From a virus (Duplodnaviria > Caudoviricetes): a DNA stretch of 31,317 bases. Below, one piece after another: positions 1 to 9,300 of this stretch (position 1 is its first letter; the number at the start of each line of letters is the position of its first letter). Under the pieces are notes generated by a model that was not told the DNA's origin, made no database searches, and worked only from the letters and a program-made list of their open reading frames with translations. Made by a program: the position numbers and the translations under genes. The DNA lies in the IMG/VR virus record IMGVR_UViG_3300033076_001325, positions 1-31,317 of that record; one strand, written 5' to 3'.

Positions 1-594
1 AGTTCAGCATCAATGATAGATAACTGGCAAAACCAATTTAGAATATTAAAAGGTACTAATACTGGAGGGAGTACAGCCGGATTAGTATATGTTGATTTAC
101 AAAATGGTAATACTAATTTTGTAGGAGCAGTTACAGCTTCCTCTTATTCAGGATTACCAAATTCTTGGTTATATGCAGCTCGTAACAGTAATCAAACTAT
201 TGGAAGTGGGACTTGGGCTAATAGAGATATCATATTTAATACTTATTCAAGTAATAATTTTACATATAATTCATCAACAGGTATAGCGACACTTAAAGCT
301 AATTGTACTTATAGAATTACTGCTCGAGTAGCATGGCTTGCTGGTGCTGTTTATACATTACAACATAGGATATATAATCAAACCACAAGTACTTTTGTAG
401 GACCTACAGCTGAAATGATCCAATCAACAAATGGTACCAATAATATAAGTGATGGAACATTAGAATTTATATTTGCTGTAGGAGCTAGTGATATAGACAT
501 TTCAATTAGAACAACAACATCAACAAACGGACTTACAGGTGAACAGATTAGAAGTGATCTTAACACTCAGCTAATTATTCAACAAATAGCATAA
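1..594 (+). CDS. C-terminal part of a probable fibre/virion structural protein (beta-rich, C1q/TNF-like head possible); likely starts upstream of the window
   Basis: The frame is open from base 1 (agt tca gca tca atg...). The product is T/S/N/G-rich with alternating beta-strand patterns (RDIIFNT, YNSSTGIATL, TYRITARV, TQLIIQQI). A terminator follows. Confidence 0.55.
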   Translation, partial: SSASMIDNWQNQFRILKGTNTGGSTAGLVYVDLQNGNTNFVGAVTASSYSGLPNSWLYAARNSNQTIGSGTWANRDIIFNTYSSNNFTYNSSTGIATLKANCTYRITARVAWLAGAVYTLQHRIYNQTTSTFVGPTAEMIQSTNGTNNISDGTLEFIFAVGASDIDISIRTTTSTNGLTGEQIRSDLNTQLIIQQIA

Positions 595-610
595 ATTTAG
601 AATACTTTAA

Positions 611-641
611 AGAGAGGCCTAGAGTTTTCTAGGCCTTTTTT
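611..641 (+). terminator. Intrinsic terminator
   Basis: Perfect 9-bp stem AGGCCTAGA (615-623) / TCTAGGCCT (628-636), loop GTTT, followed by a T run. Confidence 0.85.
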
Positions 642-660
642 ACTTATAGGTATCTACCTA

Positions 661-668
661 ATATGTAT
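661..668 (+). promoter_or_regulatory. Variant copy (ATATGTAT) of the putative late promoter motif
   Basis: One mismatch to ATATTTAT; lies between the terminator and the likely ATG at 702. Confidence 0.45.
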
Positions 669-701
669 ATGAGAATAATAAGTTTAACTAATGTTTTAAA
701 A

Positions 702-1616
702 ATGAAAGAGACCCCAAGTCAGTTGCCTATCCAAAGTTTTGTAATGAACTTTCCCTTTACCTTATCTACATCCGATCCTAATAATATTTGGATGCAAGAA
801 CTTACAGATGAGGATTTAGCTATTAATAGACCTAAAGCTTACAAACAATTTATGGACCTATACAATTTTGTATCTGGTCAAACTTTAACTTACTTATTAC
901 CTTCTGAAGGTAATTTTCAAGATCAAGTTTATGTAGCTAACTTAGGTTTACAATTACCTCATTTAAAAGATAGAAATGTAGTTTTACTTTCTAATTATAC
1001 TTCAGATCCACGTAAAGGTGAGGAATTAGTAGGTAAAAAATTCTTTGATATGATGGGTTATGAAACGTTTATATCACCATACAAATGGGAAGGCGAGGCA
1101 GATATTAAATATCTATATGATAATGTTTATATAGGTGGATATGGTATTCGTTCTAACATAAAAACTTATGAGTGGATGGAAGAAAATTTTGATATGAATA
1201 TTATCAAAGTTGCAATGGTTGATGAATATCTTTATCATTTAGATTGTTCAATTTTCCCACTTAATGGTGACCAAACATTAGTTGCTACTGAATTATTCGA
1301 CGACTCAGAACTTAGAGAAATAGCTAAACATACAGACATCATCCCAGTTGATACAGATGATGCTTTATGTGGAATGACTAACTCAGTAAGAATGGGTAAT
1401 ATGATTTTATGTGCTTCTAATATCTCTGAAATGAAAAAAACAGATGAATATTATGAAATGGAAAAACATAAAATTGCTTCCCTAGAAAAAATCTGTTCTG
1501 ATGCTGGCATGGAACCAGTTCTTTTCAACCTTTCAGAATATATGAAATCAGGTGCTATGTTATCTTGTATGATGATGCATTTGAATAGAGTCGATCACAA
1601 TAAAACTTTACTGTAA
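702..1616 (+). CDS. Amidinotransferase / guanidino-group-modifying (pentein) superfamily enzyme (DDAH / arginine dihydrolase-like)
   Basis: Motifs DQVYVAN, WEGEAD, YLYHLDC and C-terminal LSEYMKSGAMLSC with the putative catalytic Cys. Start placed at ATG 702 (MKETP...) because the ORF-track start at 663 overlaps the promoter-like motif. Confidence 0.85.
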   Translation: MKETPSQLPIQSFVMNFPFTLSTSDPNNIWMQELTDEDLAINRPKAYKQFMDLYNFVSGQTLTYLLPSEGNFQDQVYVANLGLQLPHLKDRNVVLLSNYTSDPRKGEELVGKKFFDMMGYETFISPYKWEGEADIKYLYDNVYIGGYGIRSNIKTYEWMEENFDMNIIKVAMVDEYLYHLDCSIFPLNGDQTLVATELFDDSELREIAKHTDIIPVDTDDALCGMTNSVRMGNMILCASNISEMKKTDEYYEMEKHKIASLEKICSDAGMEPVLFNLSEYMKSGAMLSCMMMHLNRVDHNKTLL

Positions 1617-2365
1617 TGGCTGAAAGATTAGAAGATTGGTTAAACGGTGAAGTTAAAGAATTACAAAAACTTCCCGTAGGGGAATTATCAAATACTTTCT
1701 TTTTTAGAGATCCACTACGTCCAAACTATATTGATAACGAACATTTTTATAGTCCGGCCGATGGAACAATTTTATATCAACGAGTTGTTCAACCTGATGA
1801 ATCAGTTGTGGAAATTAAAGGTATGAATTATACCTTAAAGGATGTAATGGGTGATAGTGATTATAATAAACCATCATTAGTTATTGGTATATTTATGTCA
1901 TTTTATGATGTTCATATAAACCGTATACCTTATGGTGGAATACTTAAATATAAACATTTAGAACCGATTGAATCAACAAATAAACCAATGTTAGCGGTTG
2001 AGAAGGATATCTTAAATAAGGTAATCAATCCTAATAATATGGATTATTTGAAATATAATGAACGAATGTTTAACCAAGTGTATGTTCCTTCTCTAGATTA
2101 CACATACTACCTAATACAAATAGCCGATGAGGATGTAAACGTGATTGCACCCTTTAAACACCAGATGGACTTATGTGCTCAAAATGAGAGATTTAGTTTA
2201 ATCAGATGGGGTTCCCAAGTAGATTTAGTTCTACCTTTGGATGAAAGATTTAACTTCGAGCTTGTATTAGATGATGCTATGCACGTTAACGCAGGTCTCG
2301 ATAAATTAGTAAAAATTAATTTAAAAGACAATGACCTCAAATCACCATACCGACGAGGTATTTAG
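1616..2365 (+). CDS. psd: Phosphatidylserine decarboxylase-family pyruvoyl proenzyme, apparently without a membrane anchor
   Basis: FFFRDP, YSPADG, GIFMSFYDVHINRIP and RWGSQVDLVLP (G-S autocleavage site). Coupled to the upstream gene by a TAATG overlap. True substrate uncertain. Confidence 0.85.
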   Translation: MAERLEDWLNGEVKELQKLPVGELSNTFFFRDPLRPNYIDNEHFYSPADGTILYQRVVQPDESVVEIKGMNYTLKDVMGDSDYNKPSLVIGIFMSFYDVHINRIPYGGILKYKHLEPIESTNKPMLAVEKDILNKVINPNNMDYLKYNERMFNQVYVPSLDYTYYLIQIADEDVNVIAPFKHQMDLCAQNERFSLIRWGSQVDLVLPLDERFNFELVLDDAMHVNAGLDKLVKINLKDNDLKSPYRRGI

Positions 2366-3065
2366 AGAAAAAAGAATAGTGAAAAATCCTATTAAATTTA
2401 AAATACCTTTAAACGAAGAACAAAAAAACGCTAAAGACGAAATATTAAAAAATACTTTAACTATTTTAGCAGGTAGAGCAGGTTCAGGAAAGACAATGTT
2501 AGCTTGTCAGATAGCATTAGATGGTTTATTAAGAAGACACTTCGAAAAAATTATTATTACTCGACCAACTGTATCAAAAGAAGAAATTGGTTTCCTCCCA
2601 GGCGATTTAAGAGAAAAAATGGATCCTTGGATTCAACCAATTTACCAAAACATGTATGCTCTTTATGATAAGGAAAAAGTAGAAAAACTTATCGAAGATG
2701 GTAAAATAGAAATTGTACCTTTAGCATTTATGCGTGGTAGAACATTTTTAGATTCATGTATTATAGTAGACGAAGCACAAAACGTTACTCATGAACAAAT
2801 GGAAATGATTGCTACTCGTATTGGTTTACGTTCAAAAATGATAGTTTGTGGTGATGATCATCAAGTAGATTTAAAAACAAAACGCGATTCTGGATTTAGA
2901 TTTTTATATACAGCAGCACGTAAAGTAAAAAATATGTGTTCAATTACTTTAAAACAAAATCACAGAGATCCAATTGTTGATGATTTGTTAGAAATATACG
3001 AAGAAGCCGCAGAAATAGGAATTACCACTGGTTCAGCAGGAACAAGCGGAAGGTCTAAAAAATAG
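2331..3065 (+). CDS. phoH: PhoH-family ATPase
   Basis: Walker A GRAGSGKT, GFLPGDLREKMDPW, IEIVPLAFMRGRTF, Walker B IIVDEAQN, GDDHQVDL. Confidence 0.95.
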   Translation: MTSNHHTDEVFREKRIVKNPIKFKIPLNEEQKNAKDEILKNTLTILAGRAGSGKTMLACQIALDGLLRRHFEKIIITRPTVSKEEIGFLPGDLREKMDPWIQPIYQNMYALYDKEKVEKLIEDGKIEIVPLAFMRGRTFLDSCIIVDEAQNVTHEQMEMIATRIGLRSKMIVCGDDHQVDLKTKRDSGFRFLYTAARKVKNMCSITLKQNHRDPIVDDLLEIYEEAAEIGITTGSAGTSGRSKK

Positions 3066-3085
3066 GAAGGAGCCATAGCTTTTTA

Positions 3086-3093
3086 ATATTTAT
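3086..3093 (+). promoter_or_regulatory. Putative late promoter motif ATATTTAT
   Basis: Exact motif, intergenic, 11 nt before ATG 3105. Confidence 0.65.
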
Positions 3094-3104
3094 TAATAAA
3101 AAGC

Positions 3105-3527
3105 ATGGCAACTTTCACCTCACAAATATTTGAGATATTAACACTGAATGGAGATAATGTAGGATCTTCTGTTACTAACACAATTAATAATGTTAATTAT
3201 GTAGATAATAGAATTTTAAGCGTTCCCACAGGATCAGTTACCACATTATTTTCTATGGATTCAGTTCCAGGTGCTGGTACTTTTGTAACAAGTAGTGTAC
3301 AATATGTAAGAGTAACTAATAATTCAACTGTTACTCCTATTAAATTAATTATATCTTCTTCAACAGAAGCAATGAGTTATATGATTGCTACTGGTAGTTC
3401 ATATATGTTATCTACAAGTAAAATGACTGGAAGTACAAGTGGTTTATCTTTTGATGATATTAAATCAGTAAAAGTTCAACCTTCAAGTAGTGCAGCTAGT
3501 ATAGAATATTATATTGTAACAACCTAA
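3105..3527 (+). CDS. Small Ser/Thr-rich beta-strand protein, probably virion structural
   Basis: 140 aa, S/T/V-rich, few charged residues, first gene of the neck block. Confidence 0.6.
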   Translation: MATFTSQIFEILTLNGDNVGSSVTNTINNVNYVDNRILSVPTGSVTTLFSMDSVPGAGTFVTSSVQYVRVTNNSTVTPIKLIISSSTEAMSYMIATGSSYMLSTSKMTGSTSGLSFDDIKSVKVQPSSSAASIEYYIVTT

Positions 3528-3536
3528 TAAAAAGAT

Positions 3537-4766
3537 ATGGCAAACATTCCAATATGGCCTGGTTCATCCTCATTTGCACAAGTATCACAATCATACTATG
3601 TGTCTGGGACTTGGCCACCACCAACACCTTTTGGATTTTATGATAATGATTCTCAATTCCAAGCAGATGCTAATAAAGTAGCTAACTTTTGTGCTTTACG
3701 TTTAGGTTATCCTATTGAAAACGTAGAATTACAAGATATTAATTTTTGGGCAGGATTTGAAGAAGCTGTTACCATATATGGTAATGAATTATATGCTTTT
3801 CAAACTCGAGATAATTACTTATCTTTAGAAGGCGCCCCAACATCTGTGGATGTTAACACAGACGTTGTTACTCCTACATTTTCTAGTATTGTTAGATTAT
3901 CTCAACAATATGGTGAAGAAGCAGGAGCAGGTGGTAATGTAACTTGGTTTAAAGGTCAATTAGTCCTTCAACCAGGTGTTCAAGACTATGATTTATCAGC
4001 TTGGGCAGAAGCTAATGGTATTGTTGGAGGTATTGAAATTAAAAATGTATTTTATCAACCACCTCCAGCAGTTAGTCAAATGTATGCTCCTATGTTAGGA
4101 ACAGGAGCTGGTAATGGTTTAGGAGGTGTTCCTGCAGCTGGTGTTTATGGTCTAGGTTATGGGTATTCCAATTACTTAATGATGCCAACAAGTTTTACTA
4201 TGCAAAACATTCAAGCAATTGAAATGAATAACACAGTAACACTTTCTAATTATACATTTAACATAGTTAATAACATCATTTCAGTATTTCCAATTCCTGG
4301 AACTGGTGATTTTGATTTAGGAATTGATGATGGTGGTGGTTTAGGGTATGGACATTATTTAGTATTTGATTTTATCAAAATTCAAGATAGAGTAGATGCT
4401 GCTTTTGCTAATGGAACTAATAAAATTTCAAATACATCTAATGTACCTTATCAAAATCCAACATATTCTCAAATTAATTCAATAGGTAGAAGTTGGATAT
4501 TTGAATATACATTAGCTAAAGCTAAAGAAGTATTAGGTTTAGTAAGAAATAAATATGCAACAGTTCCTATTCCCGGAGCAGAAGTAACTTTAAATGGTGA
4601 TTCTTTAGTATCATCCGCAGAAGCAGAAAAAGAAGCATTAATTACTAGATTAAGAGAATATTTTGACCAAACTTCTCGTCAAGCATTGCTTGAAAGAAGA
4701 GCAGCAGAATCAGTAGCTCGCGTTGATGAGATTAAAAATGTACCAATGACAATTTTTATAGGATAA
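3537..4766 (+). CDS. Neck protein / head-tail adaptor (T4 gp13-like)
   Basis: LRLGYPIENVEL resembles the gp13 N-terminal motif. WIFEYTLAKAKEVLG...PGAEVTLNGDSL...AEAEKEAL...PMTIFIG resembles the gp13 C-terminus. Confidence 0.8.
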   Translation: MANIPIWPGSSSFAQVSQSYYVSGTWPPPTPFGFYDNDSQFQADANKVANFCALRLGYPIENVELQDINFWAGFEEAVTIYGNELYAFQTRDNYLSLEGAPTSVDVNTDVVTPTFSSIVRLSQQYGEEAGAGGNVTWFKGQLVLQPGVQDYDLSAWAEANGIVGGIEIKNVFYQPPPAVSQMYAPMLGTGAGNGLGGVPAAGVYGLGYGYSNYLMMPTSFTMQNIQAIEMNNTVTLSNYTFNIVNNIISVFPIPGTGDFDLGIDDGGGLGYGHYLVFDFIKIQDRVDAAFANGTNKISNTSNVPYQNPTYSQINSIGRSWIFEYTLAKAKEVLGLVRNKYATVPIPGAEVTLNGDSLVSSAEAEKEALITRLREYFDQTSRQALLERRAAESVARVDEIKNVPMTIFIG

Positions 4767-4767
4767 T

Positions 4768-5352
4768 ATGGCATTATACGGTGAAGGTAGAGATATAAGT
4801 ATGTTTCGAAGAGTCAACCGAGAGTTGATGGGGAATATTATATCTCAAGAAGTTATTTATTACAAATACAAAGTAGGTGAAACTAAAACAAATATGTATG
4901 GTGAAGCCTATGAAGGTAGAAACTTTGCTGATCCTGTAATATTATTTGCTTTAATAGAAGTTGGTCCACAAGAATCTCCTGTAAGTGATTTAGGAGTAGA
5001 TTTTTCATGGACTATGACTTTTAGATTTTTACGTGATGATTTATTAAGTAAATTAAATCCAATAAATCAAGGATCATTTGGTACATTTCAAAACCCACAA
5101 CTTCAATATGGTGCTGAATTACACCCTGAAGTAGGAGACATTATTCAGTATCAAAATGGGTATTGGGAAGTAGATAACACAAATGCAACCCAATTTACAG
5201 TCGGTAAAGACCCAGAATATCCATACTATGATGCTAATCATCAAAACCCACTAAACCCAGGACTAGAAAAATTTGGGTGGGATGTAGAAGTAAGATGTGA
5301 TTGTCACTATGTACCATCAGATCGAGTAAATATAATATTATCTAGAATGTAA
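4768..5352 (+). CDS. Neck / head-closure protein (T4 gp14-like)
   Basis: Follows the gp13-like gene; NMYGEA and PEVGDIIQY...YWEVD resemble gp14-family motifs. Confidence 0.7.
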   Translation: MALYGEGRDISMFRRVNRELMGNIISQEVIYYKYKVGETKTNMYGEAYEGRNFADPVILFALIEVGPQESPVSDLGVDFSWTMTFRFLRDDLLSKLNPINQGSFGTFQNPQLQYGAELHPEVGDIIQYQNGYWEVDNTNATQFTVGKDPEYPYYDANHQNPLNPGLEKFGWDVEVRCDCHYVPSDRVNIILSRM

Positions 5353-6305
5353 TGGCAACTAATAGATTAAACAAACCAACCCCTAAGACGCAACGTGAGA
5401 TTAGCGTCGAACAGCATAAATCAACGTATGTACCTGCGGGTAACCCCAATTACGCCGATTCTAATGTTCCTGGTATAAATCGTTCATTACAGACGTCATT
5501 TAAAAATGATAATGTAAAACCTTTTAGTATTGGTATTAAAGATATTGATGAATCAATATTTTACTATTTTGAAAATATAATCCAACCATCAGTATATCAA
5601 AATGGAGAACGTTTACCTGTTCCTATAATTTATGGTTCTCCTGAAAAATGGAAATCATTTCAAAAAGATGGTTACTATAGAGATCAAAACGGAAAAATTA
5701 TGGCTCCTTTAATCATGTTTAAACGTGATTCTATGGATAAAAATAGAACTATAGGAAATAAGTTGGATGCTAACAATCCTCATAACTATAGTATTTCTCA
5801 AAAGAAATATGATGCCAATAATTCATATGATAATTTTAAGGTGTTAACAAATAGAACTCCTGAAAGACAATTTTATGCTACGGTAATTCCTGATTATGTT
5901 ACTATGACGTATAGTTGTGTTGTATTTACATATTATGTTGAACAACTTAACAAAATAGTAGAAGCAATTGAGTATGCCTCAGATGCTTATTGGGGAGATC
6001 CTCAACGTTTTAAATTTAAAACTATGATTGACTCATTTGGATTTCAAACAGAGTTAACCCAAAATGATGAAAGAATCATTAGAAGTAATTTTACCATTAG
6101 ATTAAATGGATATATAGTTCCGGAAATATTACAAAAAGATATAAATTCATTAAAGAAATTTACAGATAGTACAAAGATTATCTTCTCAGTTGAAGCATCT
6201 TCTTTAGATACTTTATATAATGGTCAAGATAATGGTAATGGAACTATAACTACTCCAGAAACTATAAAATCTCTAGAAGTTAAGAAAAAAGTAAATGCAA
6301 TCTAA
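5352..6305 (+). CDS. Tail terminator / sheath stabiliser (T4 gp15-like)
   Basis: VPIIYGSPEKW, PLIMF and QLNKIVEAI resemble gp15-family motifs; gp13-14-15 synteny; TAATG coupling. Confidence 0.7.
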   Translation: MATNRLNKPTPKTQREISVEQHKSTYVPAGNPNYADSNVPGINRSLQTSFKNDNVKPFSIGIKDIDESIFYYFENIIQPSVYQNGERLPVPIIYGSPEKWKSFQKDGYYRDQNGKIMAPLIMFKRDSMDKNRTIGNKLDANNPHNYSISQKKYDANNSYDNFKVLTNRTPERQFYATVIPDYVTMTYSCVVFTYYVEQLNKIVEAIEYASDAYWGDPQRFKFKTMIDSFGFQTELTQNDERIIRSNFTIRLNGYIVPEILQKDINSLKKFTDSTKIIFSVEASSLDTLYNGQDNGNGTITTPETIKSLEVKKKVNAI

Positions 6306-6315
6306 TATTTTTTCA

Positions 6316-6323
6316 ATATTTAT
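6316..6323 (+). promoter_or_regulatory. Putative late promoter motif ATATTTAT
   Basis: Exact motif, intergenic, upstream of ATG 6344. Confidence 0.65.
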
Positions 6324-6343
6324 ATTAGATAAACACTAAATTA

Positions 6344-9300
6344 ATGGCTCAAGTAAGATTTCTAGATCAAGTTCCAGTAGGAGTATATAATGTAGACCCA
6401 GTTGGTGGTGGTGGTACAATTGATATTTATCAAAATGGTACTTTAGTAAGTGCTAGTGTACCTTACATTAATATTAGCGGTTCAGCAACCGTTACGGGAT
6501 TTAATCCACTTGGGAGTAATGATGGTGTTACTATATTTGTTCAAGGAGTTGGATTCCCATTTTCAGGATCAGCAGTAATTACTGGTTCATTAGTAATTTC
6601 AGGATCTTCTCAACCAATAGTATTACAAACTTTACCTGTTCAACCAGGTCCATATGTTGTAACTTATAACCCAACAACAGGAGTTGTTGGATATGTAAAT
6701 TCAACCTCAGGTACAAGTGGTGTTTCAGGTACTAGTGGTACAGCTGGAATATCAGGTACATCAGGAACCTCAGGAACTTCTGGTGAAAGCAAATCATCAG
6801 GAACCAGTGGAACTTCAGGTGATAATGGTACAACAGGTAATTCAGGTAATTCAGGACTATCAGGTTCAACAGGTTCATCTGGTACCTCAGGATTAAATGG
6901 TACAGCGGGATCATCTGGTTTATCAGGCCTTTCAGGATCAACTGGATCTTCAGGAACTAGTGGAGTTAATGGTACAACAGGTATTTCAGGTAACTCAGGA
7001 TTATCAGGAAGCACAGGTTCCTCAGGAACTTCAGGTAACAATGGTACCTCAGGTACTTCAGGTAACTCAGGATTATCAGGTTCAACAGGATCTTCAGGTT
7101 CAAGTGGTGCTAATGGTACTAATGGTTCTTCAGGTTTAAGTGGTTTAAGTGGAACAACTGGTTCCTCAGGTTTAAGTGGTTTATCAGGGTCTAATGGTTC
7201 TTCAGGATCATCAGGTCTTTCAGGTAATAATGGAACTTCAGGTATATCAGGTTTATCAGGTTCAACTGGTTCATCTGGTACCTCAGGATTAAATGGTACT
7301 ACAGGATCAGCTGGATTATCAGGATTATCAGGTTCAACAGGATCTTCAGGTTCAAGTGGTGCTAATGGTACTAATGGTTCTTCAGGTATAAATGGATTAT
7401 CCGGTTCTACAGGTTCCTCAGGAACTAGTGGAGCAGATGGTTCAACAGGTTCATCTGGTTTATCAGGTCTTTCAGGTTCAACTGGTTCATCAGGAACTAG
7501 TGGTGCTAATGGAACAGCAGGTACTTCAGGACTTTCAGGTTTAAGTGGAAGTACAGGTTCTTCAGGAACTTCAGGTATAAATGGTACTTTAGGTACTTCA
7601 GGAATTGCAGGTACTTCAGGTTCAACAGGATCTAGTGGATCATCGGGTGTAACAGGAAATAATGGTACTTCAAATATAAGTGGTACTTCAGGTTCATCAG
7701 GTTCAAATGGATCTAGTGGTGCTGTAGGTACAAATGGTTTAAGCCAATTATCAGGATCATCAGGAACAAGTGGTAGCTCAGGTTCAACTGGAGATGCAGG
7801 TACTTCAGGTGTATCTGCAACCTCAGGAACTTCAGGTTCAACAGGAACTAATGGTTCATCAGGAAATGCTGGTAACTCAGGAGCAAGTGCTTTATCAGGT
7901 ACTTCAGGTTCAACTGGTTCAAATGGTTCATCAGGAAATGCTGGTAACTCAGGAGCAAGTGCAACATCCGGTAGTTCAGGTTCATCAGGATCTAGTGGTA
8001 TAATAGGTAGTAGTGGTGCTAGTGCAACAAGTGGTACATCAGGTTCAAATGGATCTAATGGACTATCAGGAAATAATGGTACTAGTGGGGCAAGTGCTAC
8101 TTCAGGTACATCAGGATCTAATGGATCTAATGGTATAGTAGGAAATAATGGAGCAAGTGCATTATCAGGAACTTCAGGATCTTCAGGTTCTAATGGTACT
8201 TCAGGAAATGCCGGAAGTAATGGTCTTAGCGCATTATCCGGAACTTCAGGAACAAGTGGTTCTTCAGGAACTTCAGGTTCAACAGGAGTAGCAGGAAATT
8301 CAGGATTAAGTAATACATCTGGTACTTCAGGTTCTTCAGGAACCAATGGTACTTCAGGAGATATAGGTACAAGTGGATTAAGTAGAACATCAGGTTCTTC
8401 AGGTTCAACAGGTACAAACGGTACATCAGGTGATGGTGATATAGGAACTTCAGGTTTAAGTAGAAGTTCAGGTTCATCAGGTTCATCAGGAACAAACGGT
8501 TCATCAGGTGCCGCTGGTAATAGTGGAATAAGTGGAACTTCAGGTACAACTGGTTCATCAGGAACTTCAGGTTCAGCTGGTGTTGCTGGAAATAGTGGTG
8601 TTAGTGCAGTTTCAGGTACAACAGGATCTTCAGGTTCAAATGGATCTAATGGTGTAGCTGGAAATAGTGGAGCTTCAGCATTAAGTGGTACTAGTGGAAG
8701 TTCAGGAACAAATGGTTCTTCAGGTGCTGCCGGAAATGGTGGTACTTCAAATATAAGTGGAACAAGTGGAACATCAGGTTCTAATGGATCTAGTGGTGCT
8801 GCTGGTTCTTCAGGTGTATCAGGAATAAGTGGAACTTCAGGTTCAAGTGGTGCTGTAGGTTCTTCAGGAATTGCAGGTTCTTCAGGAGTTAGTGCAACAA
8901 GTGGAACATCAGGTTCATCCGGTTTAAATGGATTTAACGGTGTAAATGGATTAAGTGGTTCTTCAGGTTCAACTGGAACTAATGGTTCATCAGGAAATGC
9001 TGGTACTTCAGGAGCAAGTAATACTTCAGGTTCATCTGGAACTTCAGGTAATAATGGTTCAACAGGTGCTGCCGGTACTTCAGGAGCAAGTGCTACAAGT
9101 GGTACAGCAGGTTCAACTGGTACAAACGGTTCTTCAGGTAATGCTGGTAATAGTGGTGCTAGTGCATTAAGTGGAACATCAGGTTCTTCAGGTTCAAATG
9201 GTAGTAATGGTGCTGCTGGAAATAGCGGTACTTCAAATATAAGCGGAACTAGTGGTTCAACAGGTTCATCAGGTTCTTCAGGAGCATCAGGTTCTTCAGG

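Noticed and set aside
663-701. ORF-track start at 663 for the amidinotransferase-family gene
   Set aside because: It overlaps the promoter-like motif; ATG 702 in an A-rich context is more plausible.
3067-3084. Possible hairpin AGGAGC-cata-GCTTTT after phoH
   Set aside because: The stem is short and depends on G-U pairs; too weak to call a terminator.
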